A stretch of 64,000 nucleotides of DNA, from contig OY761158.1 of assembly GCA_963664405.1 (NCBI GenBank), positions 4,512,001-4,576,000 of the forward strand, given 5' to 3'. The notes beneath the pieces were generated by a model that was given only the letters and a program-made list of their open reading frames with translations, was not told the DNA's origin and ran no database searches. Of the stretch, positions 8,699 to 23,106 are shown piece after piece. The stretch comes from Thermoanaerobaculia bacterium. Its GTDB lineage: Bacteria > Acidobacteriota > Thermoanaerobaculia > Multivoradales > Multivoraceae. Numbering within the stretch: the stretch's first letter is position 1; every line of letters begins with the position of its first letter. The position numbers and the translations under genes were made by a program.

Positions 8699-8805
8699 TA
8701 GTAGTAGTCGGCGCAGGAGAGAAAGTATCCGCAGTGGGGGTCACTGCAGAAGAGCTTGCACTTGCGCTCTTCCAGAGTAGCGCTACAGATCGGGCAGGTT
8801 CTCAT
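8698..8805 (-). CDS. 35-aa Cys-rich zinc-finger-like small protein
   Basis: MRTCPICSATLEERKCKLFCSDPHCGYFLSCADYY with GGAG SD; resembles CPxC small zinc-finger proteins. Confidence 0.7.
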   Translation of the reverse strand: MRTCPICSATLEERKCKLFCSDPHCGYFLSCADYY

Positions 8806-8954
8806 CAAAGACTCCACTGGTTGGAGCGGTCGGCTAGAACCGGTTTGAGGGGTCGGTGAGGTGGGCTTCGAGGACTTGGTGGTCAAGTCTGGACCTCTTG
8901 GACAGTACCTGCCTGTTCAGTCTATACGAGGCTCCGGGCCTCCGGCTGGGGAGC

Positions 8955-9515
8955 CTATGTCGTGGCAGAGTTGGCCAATCCGGTGGCCCATTCTTCGAGA
9001 CTCGTAAGAACATCCGCCGCCGCCGGCTCGTCACCAAGCTCGCTGCTGACTCGAGAGTAGCGAACGTCGCCACTCGGAAGGATGAGAAAGACTCCTCCGA
9101 GCTGGTAGGGGTTTCCTCGAATGCCGTGGCCGCGATAGCCCCCTCGCAGGGCGTTGAAGAACCGCAGCATCGTGCGCGGCCGAAAGCCCGCGAGGAGGCT
9201 CCTTTTCAATTCCGCGGCCTTGTAGCCGACGAGCTCGGGATCGACTAGGAGTCGGAAGGGCAGCCGATCTTTCCGGTCAAAGTCCGCCCCTTGCTCGGGT
9301 GTTCCGTTCCCGATCAACACCAACTCGGCCCCGAAGCGCTTGATCTCGCTGCCGATGGCGCGCAACTGCGCGACCTGGCTCTCGCAGAAGATTCAGCCGA
9401 AATGACGGAGAAATACGAGGACTGCCGGCTTGTCCTCCCAGAGGGTTCCCAGGCGAACAGGGTTGCCTTCGAGATCGTGTGCTTGCACCGGGGCAAGGGT
9501 GTGCGCAACGTTCAT
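8955..9515 (-). CDS. Peroxiredoxin-like (AhpC/TSA, PRXL2/SelU-like) selenoprotein with UxxC motif
   Basis: MNVAH...PAVLVFLRHFG-[TGA 9395-9393]-IFCESQVAQL...QLGGVFLI. The in-frame UGA is codon 41, at the first Cys position of the thioredoxin-fold CxxC; a hairpin follows. Confidence 0.85.
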
Positions 9516-9540
9516 AGCTAATAGCTTACGGGATCCCGGC

Positions 9541-10401
9541 TCAGGAGTCCCGTTGGCCCGGCGAGGCGGTTCTTTGCTCGAGCTCCCTCCACCACTTAGT
9601 TGCCCTTTCAGACCAGCGCTCGTGGAGCTCCCGAAAACGATGGGCGGCCCGACCGCCTATCCACGGCTTCGGCAGCAGGGAGGCCGGCAGCCCCGGATCC
9701 AGGAAGGGGAAAGCACGCCAGCGATGTACGAGGGTGGTCGACGCTCGAAAAACCTGATCGGCTGCCCGGGGTCTCTGCATTTCGTGAGCGGCGAGGAAGG
9801 CCTTGTATCGACCCGCGATCGCTGCCACATCCCACGCGCTACGAGCCAACTGATCGAGCCCGCCGAGAGAGCCTGGGCGGCCGCGTAAAGAGGCGACGCA
9901 ATCGGCGAGGCCAAGGTTGTTCAGCGCTTCGGCGGCCTCGAGCTCCCGCGACGGATCCGGGCTGATCCAGAGGCCGCCGCCCGCGGCACCGAAGCCGGCC
10001 CAGGCGAGTCGGGCGCGGAGCTTGCTTCGTAGCTCTCGACGTGAATCGGGCACACGGACGTGGAGCAGGATCCACTCTCCATCCCATGGCACTTTGGACT
10101 GCCCGAAGCCATAGATACGCGTGGCCCCGGCCGCTAGTACACGCTGCGTTTCGCTACTCAGCCTCCACCGAGTCTCACGACCGATGCGCTCCGGCTGAAG
10201 CCATCCGGCGGTGGCGGATCGTGCCAGGGCTTGGCGAGTCGCCTGCGCTGAGGTGCCGAGCAGTCCCAGCGCAGCCACGAAAGTGCGGGTGAACACGGGC
10301 CGACCCGCGGGATAGGCATACTCCCCCAAGACGGTCAGTAGCAAAGACCGAGCGCTGGGTCGGTCATGCCAGCGAGGTTGGTTGAGGGGGTCGCGAGTCA
10401 C
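9541..10401 (-). CDS. PaaX-family transcriptional regulator
   Basis: SARSLLLTVLGEY, RQALARS..AGWL, WDGEW, LAWAGFG, WRAFPFLDPGLPASLLPKPW; divergent from boxC. Confidence 0.92.
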   Translation of the reverse strand: MTRDPLNQPRWHDRPSARSLLLTVLGEYAYPAGRPVFTRTFVAALGLLGTSAQATRQALARSATAGWLQPERIGRETRWRLSSETQRVLAAGATRIYGFGQSKVPWDGEWILLHVRVPDSRRELRSKLRARLAWAGFGAAGGGLWISPDPSRELEAAEALNNLGLADCVASLRGRPGSLGGLDQLARSAWDVAAIAGRYKAFLAAHEMQRPRAADQVFRASTTLVHRWRAFPFLDPGLPASLLPKPWIGGRAAHRFRELHERWSERATKWWRELEQRTASPGQRDS

Positions 10402-10425
10402 AGTCCGAGAACATGCTACACTTTC

Positions 10426-10465
10426 TTGACCTTGAGATGATTATCTGTCATATATAGAAAGTTCT
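10426..10465 (+). promoter_or_regulatory. Putative boxCB promoter and regulator site
   Basis: AT-rich divergent gap with ttgacc/ttgaga -35 candidates, a -10-like catata/tagaaa at 17 nt, and imperfect inverted repeat atgat-tatct-gtcat. Confidence 0.35.
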
Positions 10466-10474
10466 TGCTACGTC

Positions 10475-12124
10475 ATGATCGACACCCGCACTGACCCCGA
10501 CTCGTATCGCCATTGGCGGCTTCGTTTCGAGCCCCCGATCGCCTACCTGATCCTGGACGTACAAGAAGAAGGCGGGCTCTTCCCGGGTTACAAGCTCAAA
10601 CAGAACTCCTACGACCTTGGCGTAGACATCGAGCTCTACGATGCCGTCCAGCGGCTGCGCTTCGAGCACCCGGAGATCCGGTCGGTGGTGATCGAGTCAG
10701 GCCGCGACCGGGTTTTCTGTGCCGGTGCCAACATCGGCATGCTGGGCACCGCCACCCACCAGCACAAGGTGAACTTCTGCAAGTTCACAAATGAGACCAG
10801 GCTGGGTATCGAAGACGCTTCCGAGGGCTCCGGTCAGCGCTATCTGACCGCGATCTCTGGGACCGCGGCAGGCGGTGGCTACGAAGTCGCTCTTGCCTCC
10901 GACCTCATTCTTCTCGCCGACGACGGCAGCTCCGCAGTATCTCTACCTGAAGTTCCCCTCCTCGGTGTACTTCCGGGAACCGGCGGCCTCACCAGGCTCG
11001 TCGACAAGAGAAAAGTGCGGCGCGACCGCGCCGATATCTTCTGCACGCTCGAGGAAGGGATGAAGGGGCGTAGAGCCCTCGAGTGGGGCCTGGTCGACGA
11101 GTTGATTCCGAAATCCCGTTTCGCAGAAGTGGTGAAGGAGCGTGCTCTGGCCCTCGCGGAGACGAGCGATAGGCCCGAGGGAGCCAAGGGAGTCGAGCTG
11201 GTCAACGTCGATCGCCAGGTTGGTGCGGATCAAATCACCTACTCCCGCTTACGGGTGGAGCTGGACCGAGAGCTCGGGGTGGCTCGTTTCGTCCTGCTCG
11301 GTCCCGACGTCGGCGCCCCCGAGAGCCTGGAGGAGGTCGAGAACCTCGGCGTCTCTTTTTGGCCTTTGGAGCTGGTGCGACAGCTCGACGACGCGATTCT
11401 CCACCTTCGTCTCAACGAGAGCCGCCTCGGGCTCTGGCTCTTCGCCAGCGAGGGCGACGCCGAACGGGTCATGGAGCACGATCGCTTTCTCGAGAGATTT
11501 CGGGATCATTGGCTGGTCCGCGAGATCCTGTTGTTCTGGAAGCGAACCTTCAAACGCGTCGATGTGAGCGCACGCACTTTGTTCACATTGCTCGAGCCTG
11601 GGAGCTGCTTCGCCGGCTTTCTCGCAGAACTGGTTTTTGCGGCCGATCGCTCCTATATGTTCGAAGGCGATCGAGAGGGCCTGGAGGCCGAGCCGGCGGC
11701 GCTGCGTCTGAGCGAGCTCAATTTCGGACCGTTTCCAACGCCCAACGGACTGACCCGGCTCGAGACCCGGTTTCTCGGCGACCCCGAACGACTCAAGGAG
11801 TCCCTGGGGTTGATCGGAGAGCCGCTAGAAGCCGGGAGGGCGGAGGAAGTCGGGTTGGTGACGATGGCGTTTGACGATATCGATTGGGATGATGAGCTGC
11901 GCATCGCCATAGAAGAGAGGGTCAGTTTCTCCTCCGACTCGCTGACCGGATTGGAGGCAAACCTGCGCTTTCCCGGGCCCGAGACCTTCGAATCGAAGAT
12001 ATTCGGACGCCTCAGCGCCTGGCAGAACTGGATCTTTCAGCGCCCCAACGCCGTCGGAGAAGAGGGTGCGCTCCGTCGTTACGGTAGCGGCCTGCGCCCG
12101 AACTTCGACTCCGAGCGAACCTAG
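10475..12124 (+). CDS. boxC: 2,3-epoxybenzoyl-CoA dihydrolase (ring-cleaving)
   Basis: YRHWRL, KQNSYDLGVDIELYDAVQRLRFEHP, KVNFCKFTNETR, GRLSAWQNWIFQRPNAVG. Confidence 0.95.
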   Translation: MIDTRTDPDSYRHWRLRFEPPIAYLILDVQEEGGLFPGYKLKQNSYDLGVDIELYDAVQRLRFEHPEIRSVVIESGRDRVFCAGANIGMLGTATHQHKVNFCKFTNETRLGIEDASEGSGQRYLTAISGTAAGGGYEVALASDLILLADDGSSAVSLPEVPLLGVLPGTGGLTRLVDKRKVRRDRADIFCTLEEGMKGRRALEWGLVDELIPKSRFAEVVKERALALAETSDRPEGAKGVELVNVDRQVGADQITYSRLRVELDRELGVARFVLLGPDVGAPESLEEVENLGVSFWPLELVRQLDDAILHLRLNESRLGLWLFASEGDAERVMEHDRFLERFRDHWLVREILLFWKRTFKRVDVSARTLFTLLEPGSCFAGFLAELVFAADRSYMFEGDREGLEAEPAALRLSELNFGPFPTPNGLTRLETRFLGDPERLKESLGLIGEPLEAGRAEEVGLVTMAFDDIDWDDELRIAIEERVSFSSDSLTGLEANLRFPGPETFESKIFGRLSAWQNWIFQRPNAVGEEGALRRYGSGLRPNFDSERT

Positions 12125-12136
12125 AAAGGACGAGTC

Positions 12137-13588
12137 ATGTCCGACGCGGTCGACTACAGCACGCGGATCCCGAACAACGTTGATCTCACCCATGATGCGC
12201 GAGTGAGGCGAGGACTCGAAAAGTGGCATCCCGGCTACCTGGATTGGTGGGGAGACATGGGGCCGCTCGGCTTTCAGACTTCGGAGGTCTATCTCCGTAC
12301 GGCTGTAGGCGTCGAGTCGAAGGGCGACGATAAATGGGCCGTATTCGACTACGTGAAGATGCCCGAGTACCGCTGGGGCGTTCTACTCGCGCCGAAGGTG
12401 GAGGGCCGCACGATCCCCTTCGGTGCCCATTACGGCGAGCCGGCTTGGCAGGAGGTGCCAGGGGAGTACCGCGCCATGTTGCGCCGGCTGATCGTTGTGC
12501 AGGGCGATACCGAGCCCGCGTCGGTGGAGCAGCAGCGTTACCTCGGAGAGACGGCTCCTTCGCTCTACGACATGCGCAATCTGTTCCAGGTCAATGTCGA
12601 GGAGGGCAGGCATCTATGGGCGATGGTCTACCTGCTGCACAAGTACTTTGGTCGCGACGGCCGTGAGGAGGCCGAGGATCTGTTGCGGCGGCGCTCCGGC
12701 AGCGAGGAGGCTCCGCGCATGCTCGGAGCATTCAACGAACAGACGCCGGATTGGTTGTCGTTCTTCATGTTCACCTATTTCACCGATCGCGACGGCAAGA
12801 TGCAGCTCGAAGCACTTGCCCAGTCTGCCTTCGATCCCCTTTCGCGTACCTGCCGGTTCATGCTCACGGAAGAGGCCTTTCACATGTTCGTCGGAGAGTC
12901 CGGCGTTGCGCGGGTTCTCGGGCGCACTTGCGCTGCGATGAAGGAGGCCGGGATCGAGGATCCTCAGGATATCGAGGCAGTGCGCGCGCTCGGCGTGATC
13001 GACCTGCCGACGATCCAGAAAAAGGCCAATCTTCACTATTCGCTGACGATCGACCTCTTTGGCTCCGAGCTTTCCACCAATGGCGCGAACTTCTTCAATG
13101 CCGGTATCAAGGGACGTTTCAGGGAAGATCGGCTCGACGACGACCACCGGTTGGCGGGAGCGACCTATCCTCTGGTCGAACGTTCCAACGGCTCTTTCGC
13201 CGTCGTTCACGAGCCTGCCCTATCCGCCCTCAACGCCCGTTTACGCGATGACTTCACGGTCGATTGCGATCACGGGGTCAAGCGCTGGAACAAGGTGATC
13301 GCCTCGTCGGGGATCGACTTCAGGCTTCGACTGCCTCACGTCGCTTTCAACCGCCAGATCGGCGAGTACAAGGACCTCGATGTGTCGCCGGACGGCGAGA
13401 TCTTGAGCCGCGAAGATTGGGAACAACGAAAAGGCGAGTGGCTACCCAGTGACGACGATCGCGCATATATCGAGTCGCTCATGGCTCCGCAGTGGACGCC
13501 CGGCGAATACGCCGGTTGGATCGCTCCGCCGATGACCCGGATCAACCACCAGCCGGGTGACTTCGAGTGGGTCCGGCTCGTTCCCTAG
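12137..13588 (+). CDS. boxB: Benzoyl-CoA 2,3-epoxidase diiron subunit
   Basis: IPNNVDL, VYLRTAV, QGDTEPASVEQQR, VNVEEGRHLWAMVYLL, FMLTEEAFHMFVGESG. Confidence 0.96.
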   Translation: MSDAVDYSTRIPNNVDLTHDARVRRGLEKWHPGYLDWWGDMGPLGFQTSEVYLRTAVGVESKGDDKWAVFDYVKMPEYRWGVLLAPKVEGRTIPFGAHYGEPAWQEVPGEYRAMLRRLIVVQGDTEPASVEQQRYLGETAPSLYDMRNLFQVNVEEGRHLWAMVYLLHKYFGRDGREEAEDLLRRRSGSEEAPRMLGAFNEQTPDWLSFFMFTYFTDRDGKMQLEALAQSAFDPLSRTCRFMLTEEAFHMFVGESGVARVLGRTCAAMKEAGIEDPQDIEAVRALGVIDLPTIQKKANLHYSLTIDLFGSELSTNGANFFNAGIKGRFREDRLDDDHRLAGATYPLVERSNGSFAVVHEPALSALNARLRDDFTVDCDHGVKRWNKVIASSGIDFRLRLPHVAFNRQIGEYKDLDVSPDGEILSREDWEQRKGEWLPSDDDRAYIESLMAPQWTPGEYAGWIAPPMTRINHQPGDFEWVRLVP

Positions 13589-13781
13589 GCTCGCAATCCT
13601 CTTCGACCTCTCTACGCTACTCCGCTCATGGTCGATCGGTGTCTTCCGCCGTCGACGATTTGCATGTATACTTATCGAAATAACGCTAAGATGACAGGTC
13701 CGACGGATCTGTCGTCTCCGCGCGTTTTTTCTGCCTGGCGCGATGCCGGCCGATCTCTCTTCTTGGGGCAGGGTGAAAATT

Positions 13782-14003
13782 ATGGCGGAACCAGAACTGA
13801 TGGAAGGAGCCGACTCCGAAGCCGCGTACGCTCTCGAGAGGGATGTACGCTGCCCAGCTTGCCGTGAGGAGATCTCGGAGCTTCGGGTCGTTCGCTTGCT
13901 TCGGACTCGAGTGAACTTCACTTCGACCTTGCCGCGAAGAGGGCGTGTGATGGCGTGCCCGCGCTGCGCGACCGTGCTTTCGGGCGAGTTGGGAAAGCTG
14001 TAG
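13782..14003 (+). CDS. Small CxxC...CxxC zinc-ribbon-like protein
   Basis: MAEPE...VRCPAC-x31-CPRCATVLS. Confidence 0.7.
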   Translation: MAEPELMEGADSEAAYALERDVRCPACREEISELRVVRLLRTRVNFTSTLPRRGRVMACPRCATVLSGELGKL

Positions 14004-14185
14004 GACGAGGCCAGGCCCTGTCCTTTTGCTCGTAGTCGCGTCCGCCGTCGGCTGCCCGATGGGCCACGGGGGGGCGACGTCGGCATTTGGGGGGTTGGCA
14101 TTCGCGCCCGTATCTGCGACAATACCCGTTCCAGGTCGTGGAGGCACCACCGCTTCCTCCTGGGATTCTCTGCCCAATTTTGAGC

Positions 14186-14214
14186 TTTACAGGAGTCCGA
14201 GAGAGCAGTAAGAT
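14186..14214 (+). promoter_or_regulatory. Sigma70 promoter of the tRNA-Thr/tuf operon
   Basis: tttaca-N17-taagat followed by a GC-rich discriminator. Confidence 0.65.
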
Positions 14215-14272
14215 TGCCCGCTCGTTGGTCAGCCCGTGGCGACTGGCGACTAGCGGGGAATGGCTTTCTTTG

Positions 14273-14347
14273 GCCCACGTGGCTCAGGGGTAGAGCACTT
14301 CCTTGGTAAGGAAGGGGTCACCGGTTCAAATCCGGTCGTGGGCTCCA
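14273..14347 (+). tRNA. tRNA-Thr(GGT)
   Basis: Acceptor gcccacg/cgtgggc, anticodon arm cttcc-ttggtaa-ggaag, ggttcaaatcc, encoded CCA. Confidence 0.97.
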
Positions 14348-14425
14348 TCGGTTCCAAATAGCAGCGCAGCGTAGAAACTAACTCCTGGAAACAGGACTGA
14401 ATACTCGAGGAGGCTTGTCACCGCC

Positions 14426-15619
14426 ATGGCGAAGGAGAAGTTCGAACGTACAAAGCCGCACGTGAACGTCGGGACCATAGGTCACGTAGATCACGGCAAG
14501 ACCACGTTGACGGCGGCGATCACGAAGACGCTGTCTGCGAAGGGTCAGGCGGACTACGTGCCCTTCGACGAGATTGATAAGGCACCGGAGGAGCGTGAGC
14601 GGGGAATCACGATCGCGACGGCGCACGTGGAATACGAGACCGATGCTCGCCACTACGCTCATGTGGACTGTCCGGGTCACGCTGACTACGTGAAGAACAT
14701 GATCACGGGTGCGGCTCAGATGGACGGAGCGGTGTTGGTGGTATCCGCTGCCGACGGTCCGATGCCTCAGACTCGAGAGCACATCGTGCTGGCGCGTCAG
14801 GTTGGAGTTCCGTTCATGGTGGTGTACATGAACAAAGTGGACACGGTAGACGATGAGGAGCTTTTGGATCTGGTGGAGCTGGAGTTGCGCGAGCTGCTTT
14901 CTTCGTACGAGTTTCCCGGGGACGACATCCCGATAGTTCGAGGCTCGGCGTTGCAGGCATTGGAGTCGGATGATCCGGATTCGGCAGAGTGCGCTTCGAT
15001 CTTCGAGCTGATGGATGCCGTGGACAGCTACATTCCGACGCCAGAGCGTTTGGTGGACCAGGACTTCCTGATGCCGATCGAGGACATCTTCACGATTTCG
15101 GGTCGCGGCACGGTGGTGACGGGCCGTGTGGATCGCGGAGTGGTGACGGTGGGCGACGAGATCGAGATCATCGGGATCCGTGAGACCCAGAAGACGGTGG
15201 TCACGGGTGTAGAGATGTTCCGCAAGCTCTTGGACCGTGGTGAGGCTGGGGATAACATCGGCGTTCTTCTTCGGGGCACGAAGAAGGACGAAGTGGAGCG
15301 GGGTCAGGTGCTGGCGAAGCCGGGCTCGATCACGCCGCATACGAAGTTCAAGGGCGAGGTGTACGTGTTGTCACGGGAAGAGGGCGGTCGTCATACGCCG
15401 TTCTTCACCGGCTACCGTCCTCAGTTCTACTTTCGGACCACGGATGTGACCGGGATCGCGGAGCTGCCGGCGGGCACCGAGATGGTGATGCCTGGCGACA
15501 ATGTGAACTTGGAGGTTGACTTGATTGCGCCGATTGCGATGGAGAAGGGCGTTCGCTTCGCCATCCGAGAAGGCGGACGCACCGTCGGTGCTGGAACTGT
15601 TACGGAGATCGTCGAGTAA
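14426..15619 (+). CDS. tuf: Elongation factor Tu (copy 1)
   Basis: [20 protein letters not shown]. Confidence 0.99.
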   Translation: MAKEKFERTKPHVNVGTIGHVDHGKTTLTAAITKTLSAKGQADYVPFDEIDKAPEERERGITIATAHVEYETDARHYAHVDCPGHADYVKNMITGAAQMDGAVLVVSAADGPMPQTREHIVLARQVGVPFMVVYMNKVDTVDDEELLDLVELELRELLSSYEFPGDDIPIVRGSALQALESDDPDSAECASIFELMDAVDSYIPTPERLVDQDFLMPIEDIFTISGRGTVVTGRVDRGVVTVGDEIEIIGIRETQKTVVTGVEMFRKLLDRGEAGDNIGVLLRGTKKDEVERGQVLAKPGSITPHTKFKGEVYVLSREEGGRHTPFFTGYRPQFYFRTTDVTGIAELPAGTEMVMPGDNVNLEVDLIAPIAMEKGVRFAIREGGRTVGAGTVTEIVE

Positions 15620-15626
15620 GAGATAT

Positions 15627-15702
15627 AGGCCAGTAGCTCGAATGGTAGAGCGTCGGTCTCCAAAACCGAGGGTTGGGGGTTCGAATCCCTCCTGGCCTGC
15701 CA
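15627..15702 (+). tRNA. tRNA-Trp(CCA)
   Basis: aggccag/ctggcct acceptor, tcggt-ctccaaa-accga anticodon arm, CCA end. Confidence 0.97.
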
Positions 15703-15729
15703 GACGCTTTGCCCGAGCCGGTGAACGGC

Positions 15730-15930
15730 ATGAAGTGGATAACCAAGACTCGGGAGTTCTTTAAGGAAGTCAAGGCGGAGTACAAGAAGGTCTCTTTCCC
15801 CTCCCGACAGGAGGTTATCGGCACGACCGTCGTAGTGCTTATCGCCTGTGCGATTTTCGCCGTTTATTTGTGGGTAGCGGACATCTTGATCCTTCGTATG
15901 TACCAATTCGTGATTGGAATTTTTAGCTAA
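15730..15930 (+). CDS. secE: Preprotein translocase SecE
   Basis: [27 protein letters not shown] plus TM helix; synteny. Confidence 0.95.
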   Translation: MKWITKTREFFKEVKAEYKKVSFPSRQEVIGTTVVVLIACAIFAVYLWVADILILRMYQFVIGIFS

Positions 15931-16505
15931 TGGTGGACACCGTTCCAGAGAGCTCGGCGACCGCTGCCGACGCGGCGAGTCGCAAGTGGTACATCGTTCA
16001 CACCTACTCCGGTTTCGAGGAGAGGGTGAAGGAAACCCTGTCTCAGCGCGCCGAGGCCTTGGGCATGGGCGAGAAGTTCGGGGAAGTGCGGATCCCGACC
16101 GAGACTATCGTCGAGCTCCGGGGAGGCAAGAAAAGGGAGACTCAGCGGAAGTTCTTTCCCGGTTACATTCTTGTCGAGATGGAGATGTCCGACGCCGCCT
16201 GGCACGTAGTCAAGAACACTCCCAAGGTGACCGGCTTCGTTGGTACGGGTCGTATTCCCACGCCGCTCACTCAGGAAGAGGTCGATCAGATCGTCGAGCA
16301 GGTAGTTACTGCGAAGGAAAAACCCAAGCCGAAGTACGTTTTCGAGAAGGGCGAGATGGTCAAGATCGTCGATGGTCCTTTCAACAATTTCACCGGTGTC
16401 GTCGACGAGATCAACCTGGATCGCAACACTCTCAAAGTGATGGTGACGATCTTCGGTCGTCAGACACCGGTCGAGCTGGATTTCCTGCAGGTGCAGAAAG
16501 CCTGA
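15930..16505 (+). CDS. nusG: Transcription factor NusG
   Basis: [24 protein letters not shown] domain, [10 protein letters not shown]. Confidence 0.98.
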   Translation: MVDTVPESSATAADAASRKWYIVHTYSGFEERVKETLSQRAEALGMGEKFGEVRIPTETIVELRGGKKRETQRKFFPGYILVEMEMSDAAWHVVKNTPKVTGFVGTGRIPTPLTQEEVDQIVEQVVTAKEKPKPKYVFEKGEMVKIVDGPFNNFTGVVDEINLDRNTLKVMVTIFGRQTPVELDFLQVQKA

Positions 16506-16533
16506 TCGCGCAGATCGGGCGGGAAGCAAATCC

Positions 16534-16959
16534 ATGGCGAAGAAAGTTGTCGGACAGATCAAGCTACAGATCCCGGCGGGGCAGGCCAGTCCGGCGCCTC
16601 CGGTGGGCCCTGCATTGGGGCAAGCGGGTCTCAACATCATGGACTTCTGCAAGGCTTTCAACGCCAGGACGCAGGGCGACCAGGGGCTGATCATCCCGGT
16701 CGTGATCACGGTCTATGCCGACCGCACCTACTCATTCATCACCAAGACACCGCCTGCGGCAGTGTTGCTGCTCAAGGCGGTGGGTATCGAAAAGGGGTCT
16801 GGTGAGCCCAATCGCACCAAGGTAGGCAGTGTGAACCGAGCCCAGCTCGAAGAGATCGCGAAGACGAAGGAGCCGGATCTGAACTCCGCCCATATGGATG
16901 CGGCGGTCGCGATTATCGCAGGAACCGCCCGTTCGATGGGCATCGATGTAGTCGACTGA
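16534..16959 (+). CDS. rplK: 50S ribosomal protein L11
   Basis: [22 protein letters not shown]. Confidence 0.98.
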   Translation: MAKKVVGQIKLQIPAGQASPAPPVGPALGQAGLNIMDFCKAFNARTQGDQGLIIPVVITVYADRTYSFITKTPPAAVLLLKAVGIEKGSGEPNRTKVGSVNRAQLEEIAKTKEPDLNSAHMDAAVAIIAGTARSMGIDVVD

Positions 16960-16976
16960 GAGCGAGGTTTTCGGGG

Positions 16977-17675
16977 ATGGCAAAGGGCAAGAACTACATC
17001 AAGGCGGCGGAGTTGGTTGACGACGAGCCGTTGGATCTCGCGGACGGCATCGAGCTTGCGAAGAAGTGCTCTTTCGCAAAGTTCGATGAGTCGCTGGAGC
17101 TCGCCTTTCGCCTCGGCGTGGACCCCAAGCATTCGGACCAGATGGTTCGCGGCACGGTAGTGCTGCCGCACGGTACCGGTAGGCAGGTGAGAGTTCTGGT
17201 CTTCGCCAGTGGCGAGAACGTCAAGGTCGCTGAGGACTCAGGGGCCGACTATGTGGGCGGCGAGGACCTGGCAAAGAAAATTCAAGAGGGCTGGGTCGAC
17301 TTCGACGCCGTGGTGGCGACCCCGGACATGATGAAAGTCGTGGGCCGCCTTGGTCGCGTACTCGGTCCTCGGGGCCTGATGCCCAATCCCAAGACTGGAA
17401 CAGTAACGGCGGACGTTGCCAAGGCGCTCGATGACATCAAGGCAGGCAAGGTGGAGTTTCGCGTCGACAAGGCGGGAAACCTGCAGGCGGCAGTCGGCAA
17501 ACTCTCTTTCGAGAGTGCCAGGCTCGAGGAGAACGCTCAGGCGTTGATCGATGCTGTCTTGCTGGCGAAGCCGGTGGCTGCCAAGGGGCGCTACGTTCGA
17601 TCGGTGCATCTCTCTTCCAGCATGGGCCCGGGCATCGAGCTCGACTCGGCGACGCTGTCCAAGTTGGAAGCGTAG
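16977..17675 (+). CDS. rplA: 50S ribosomal protein L1
   Basis: [23 protein letters not shown]. Confidence 0.98.
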   Translation: MAKGKNYIKAAELVDDEPLDLADGIELAKKCSFAKFDESLELAFRLGVDPKHSDQMVRGTVVLPHGTGRQVRVLVFASGENVKVAEDSGADYVGGEDLAKKIQEGWVDFDAVVATPDMMKVVGRLGRVLGPRGLMPNPKTGTVTADVAKALDDIKAGKVEFRVDKAGNLQAAVGKLSFESARLEENAQALIDAVLLAKPVAAKGRYVRSVHLSSSMGPGIELDSATLSKLEA

Positions 17676-17693
17676 GGAGGCTAAGAGAAGAAG

Positions 17694-18221
17694 ATGGCTT
17701 TGGATCGTGACACCAAAGAGCAGTTGATAGCCCGTTATAGCGAGGGCTTCGTGAACTCGGAGAACGCGTTCATTCTCGGTTTTCGGGGCATTTCGGTGCC
17801 GCAGGCCGATGAGCTGCGCTCGAAGATCCGCGAGTCGGGCGGTGGTTATCAGGTGGTGAAGAACCGGCTAGCCTTGATCGCTCTCAAGGACAGTCAGATG
17901 GAGTGTCTCGCAGATCACTTCCAGGGTCCTACGGCAGTTGCCTATAGCGCCGACGACGCTGTTGGTTTAGCCAAGGTCCTGACCGATTTCACCAAGGACA
18001 CGCCCGTCTTGGAGTTCCGTGCGGGCTTGGTGGATGGCGTGACGGTCGCCGCCTCGGACATCAAGGCCATTGCGGAGCTACCCAGTCGTGAAGAATTGAT
18101 AGCGAAGCTCCTGTTCTTGCTTCAGTCGCCTATTACTCGCACCGTGCGAGGTCTGGCGGCCATTACTCAGCAGTTTGTTTCAGTGCTTGAGCAGATCCGA
18201 TTAGCGAAGGAATCCCAGTAA
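17694..18221 (+). CDS. rplJ: 50S ribosomal protein L10
   Basis: [18 protein letters not shown]; synteny. Confidence 0.96.
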   Translation: MALDRDTKEQLIARYSEGFVNSENAFILGFRGISVPQADELRSKIRESGGGYQVVKNRLALIALKDSQMECLADHFQGPTAVAYSADDAVGLAKVLTDFTKDTPVLEFRAGLVDGVTVAASDIKAIAELPSREELIAKLLFLLQSPITRTVRGLAAITQQFVSVLEQIRLAKESQ

Positions 18222-18228
18222 GGAGAAG

Positions 18229-18609
18229 ATGATGGGCATTGCTGCAGAAGAACTCATTCAGCAGATCGACGAGATGACGGTGCTCGAGCTCAATACTCTG
18301 GTGAAGTCACTCGAAGAGCACTACGGTGTTTCGGCGGCCGCGGCGGCTGCCCCGGCGGCAGCGGCCGGCGACGGCGAAGTGGCGGCAGCCGAGGAGAAGA
18401 CCGAATTCGACGTTCACCTCACCTCGTTTGGCGACAAGAAGATCAACGTCATCAAGGTGGTTCGTGCGGTCACCAGTCTCGGTCTCAAAGAGGCCAAAGA
18501 TCTGGTCGAGTCGGCTCCCGCTCCGATCAAGGAGGGGGTTGCCAAGGACGAGGCCGAGGAGCTCAAAGCGAAGCTCGAGGAAGCCGGCGCACAGGCTGAG
18601 ATCAAGTAG
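18229..18609 (+). CDS. rplL: 50S ribosomal protein L7/L12
   Basis: [28 protein letters not shown]. Confidence 0.98.
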   Translation: MMGIAAEELIQQIDEMTVLELNTLVKSLEEHYGVSAAAAAAPAAAAGDGEVAAAEEKTEFDVHLTSFGDKKINVIKVVRAVTSLGLKEAKDLVESAPAPIKEGVAKDEAEELKAKLEEAGAQAEIK

Positions 18610-18788
18610 GCGCTGGTGGGGAGAACCATGGACCAGGCCGTGCGTGGAGTCCGGTTGGATTCCTGGGCGGCTCCTCGTCCTCTTTTGGTCGTACCGGGTG
18701 AAGGCCCGGCGCGACGGGTGTCGCTGCGGCGGCGCCTCGGATCAACCCATTCTCTTTTTCTCTTGTTCGGAAATGCCGAGGACCTCAT

Positions 18789-23054
<4,266 letters not shown>

Positions 23055-23106
23055 TGAACCACCTAATCGAGCAGGCCGACGAACGCTGGTCAAAGGAGGC
23101 GATTCT

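Noticed and set aside
8955-9365. 136-aa ORF as a complete gene
   Set aside because: It is the part downstream of the in-frame UGA of the 9515-8955 selenoprotein.
14215-14225. tgcccgctc as a remnant tRNA-Gly 3' end before tRNA-Thr
   Set aside because: Too short, and it coincides with the promoter discriminator.
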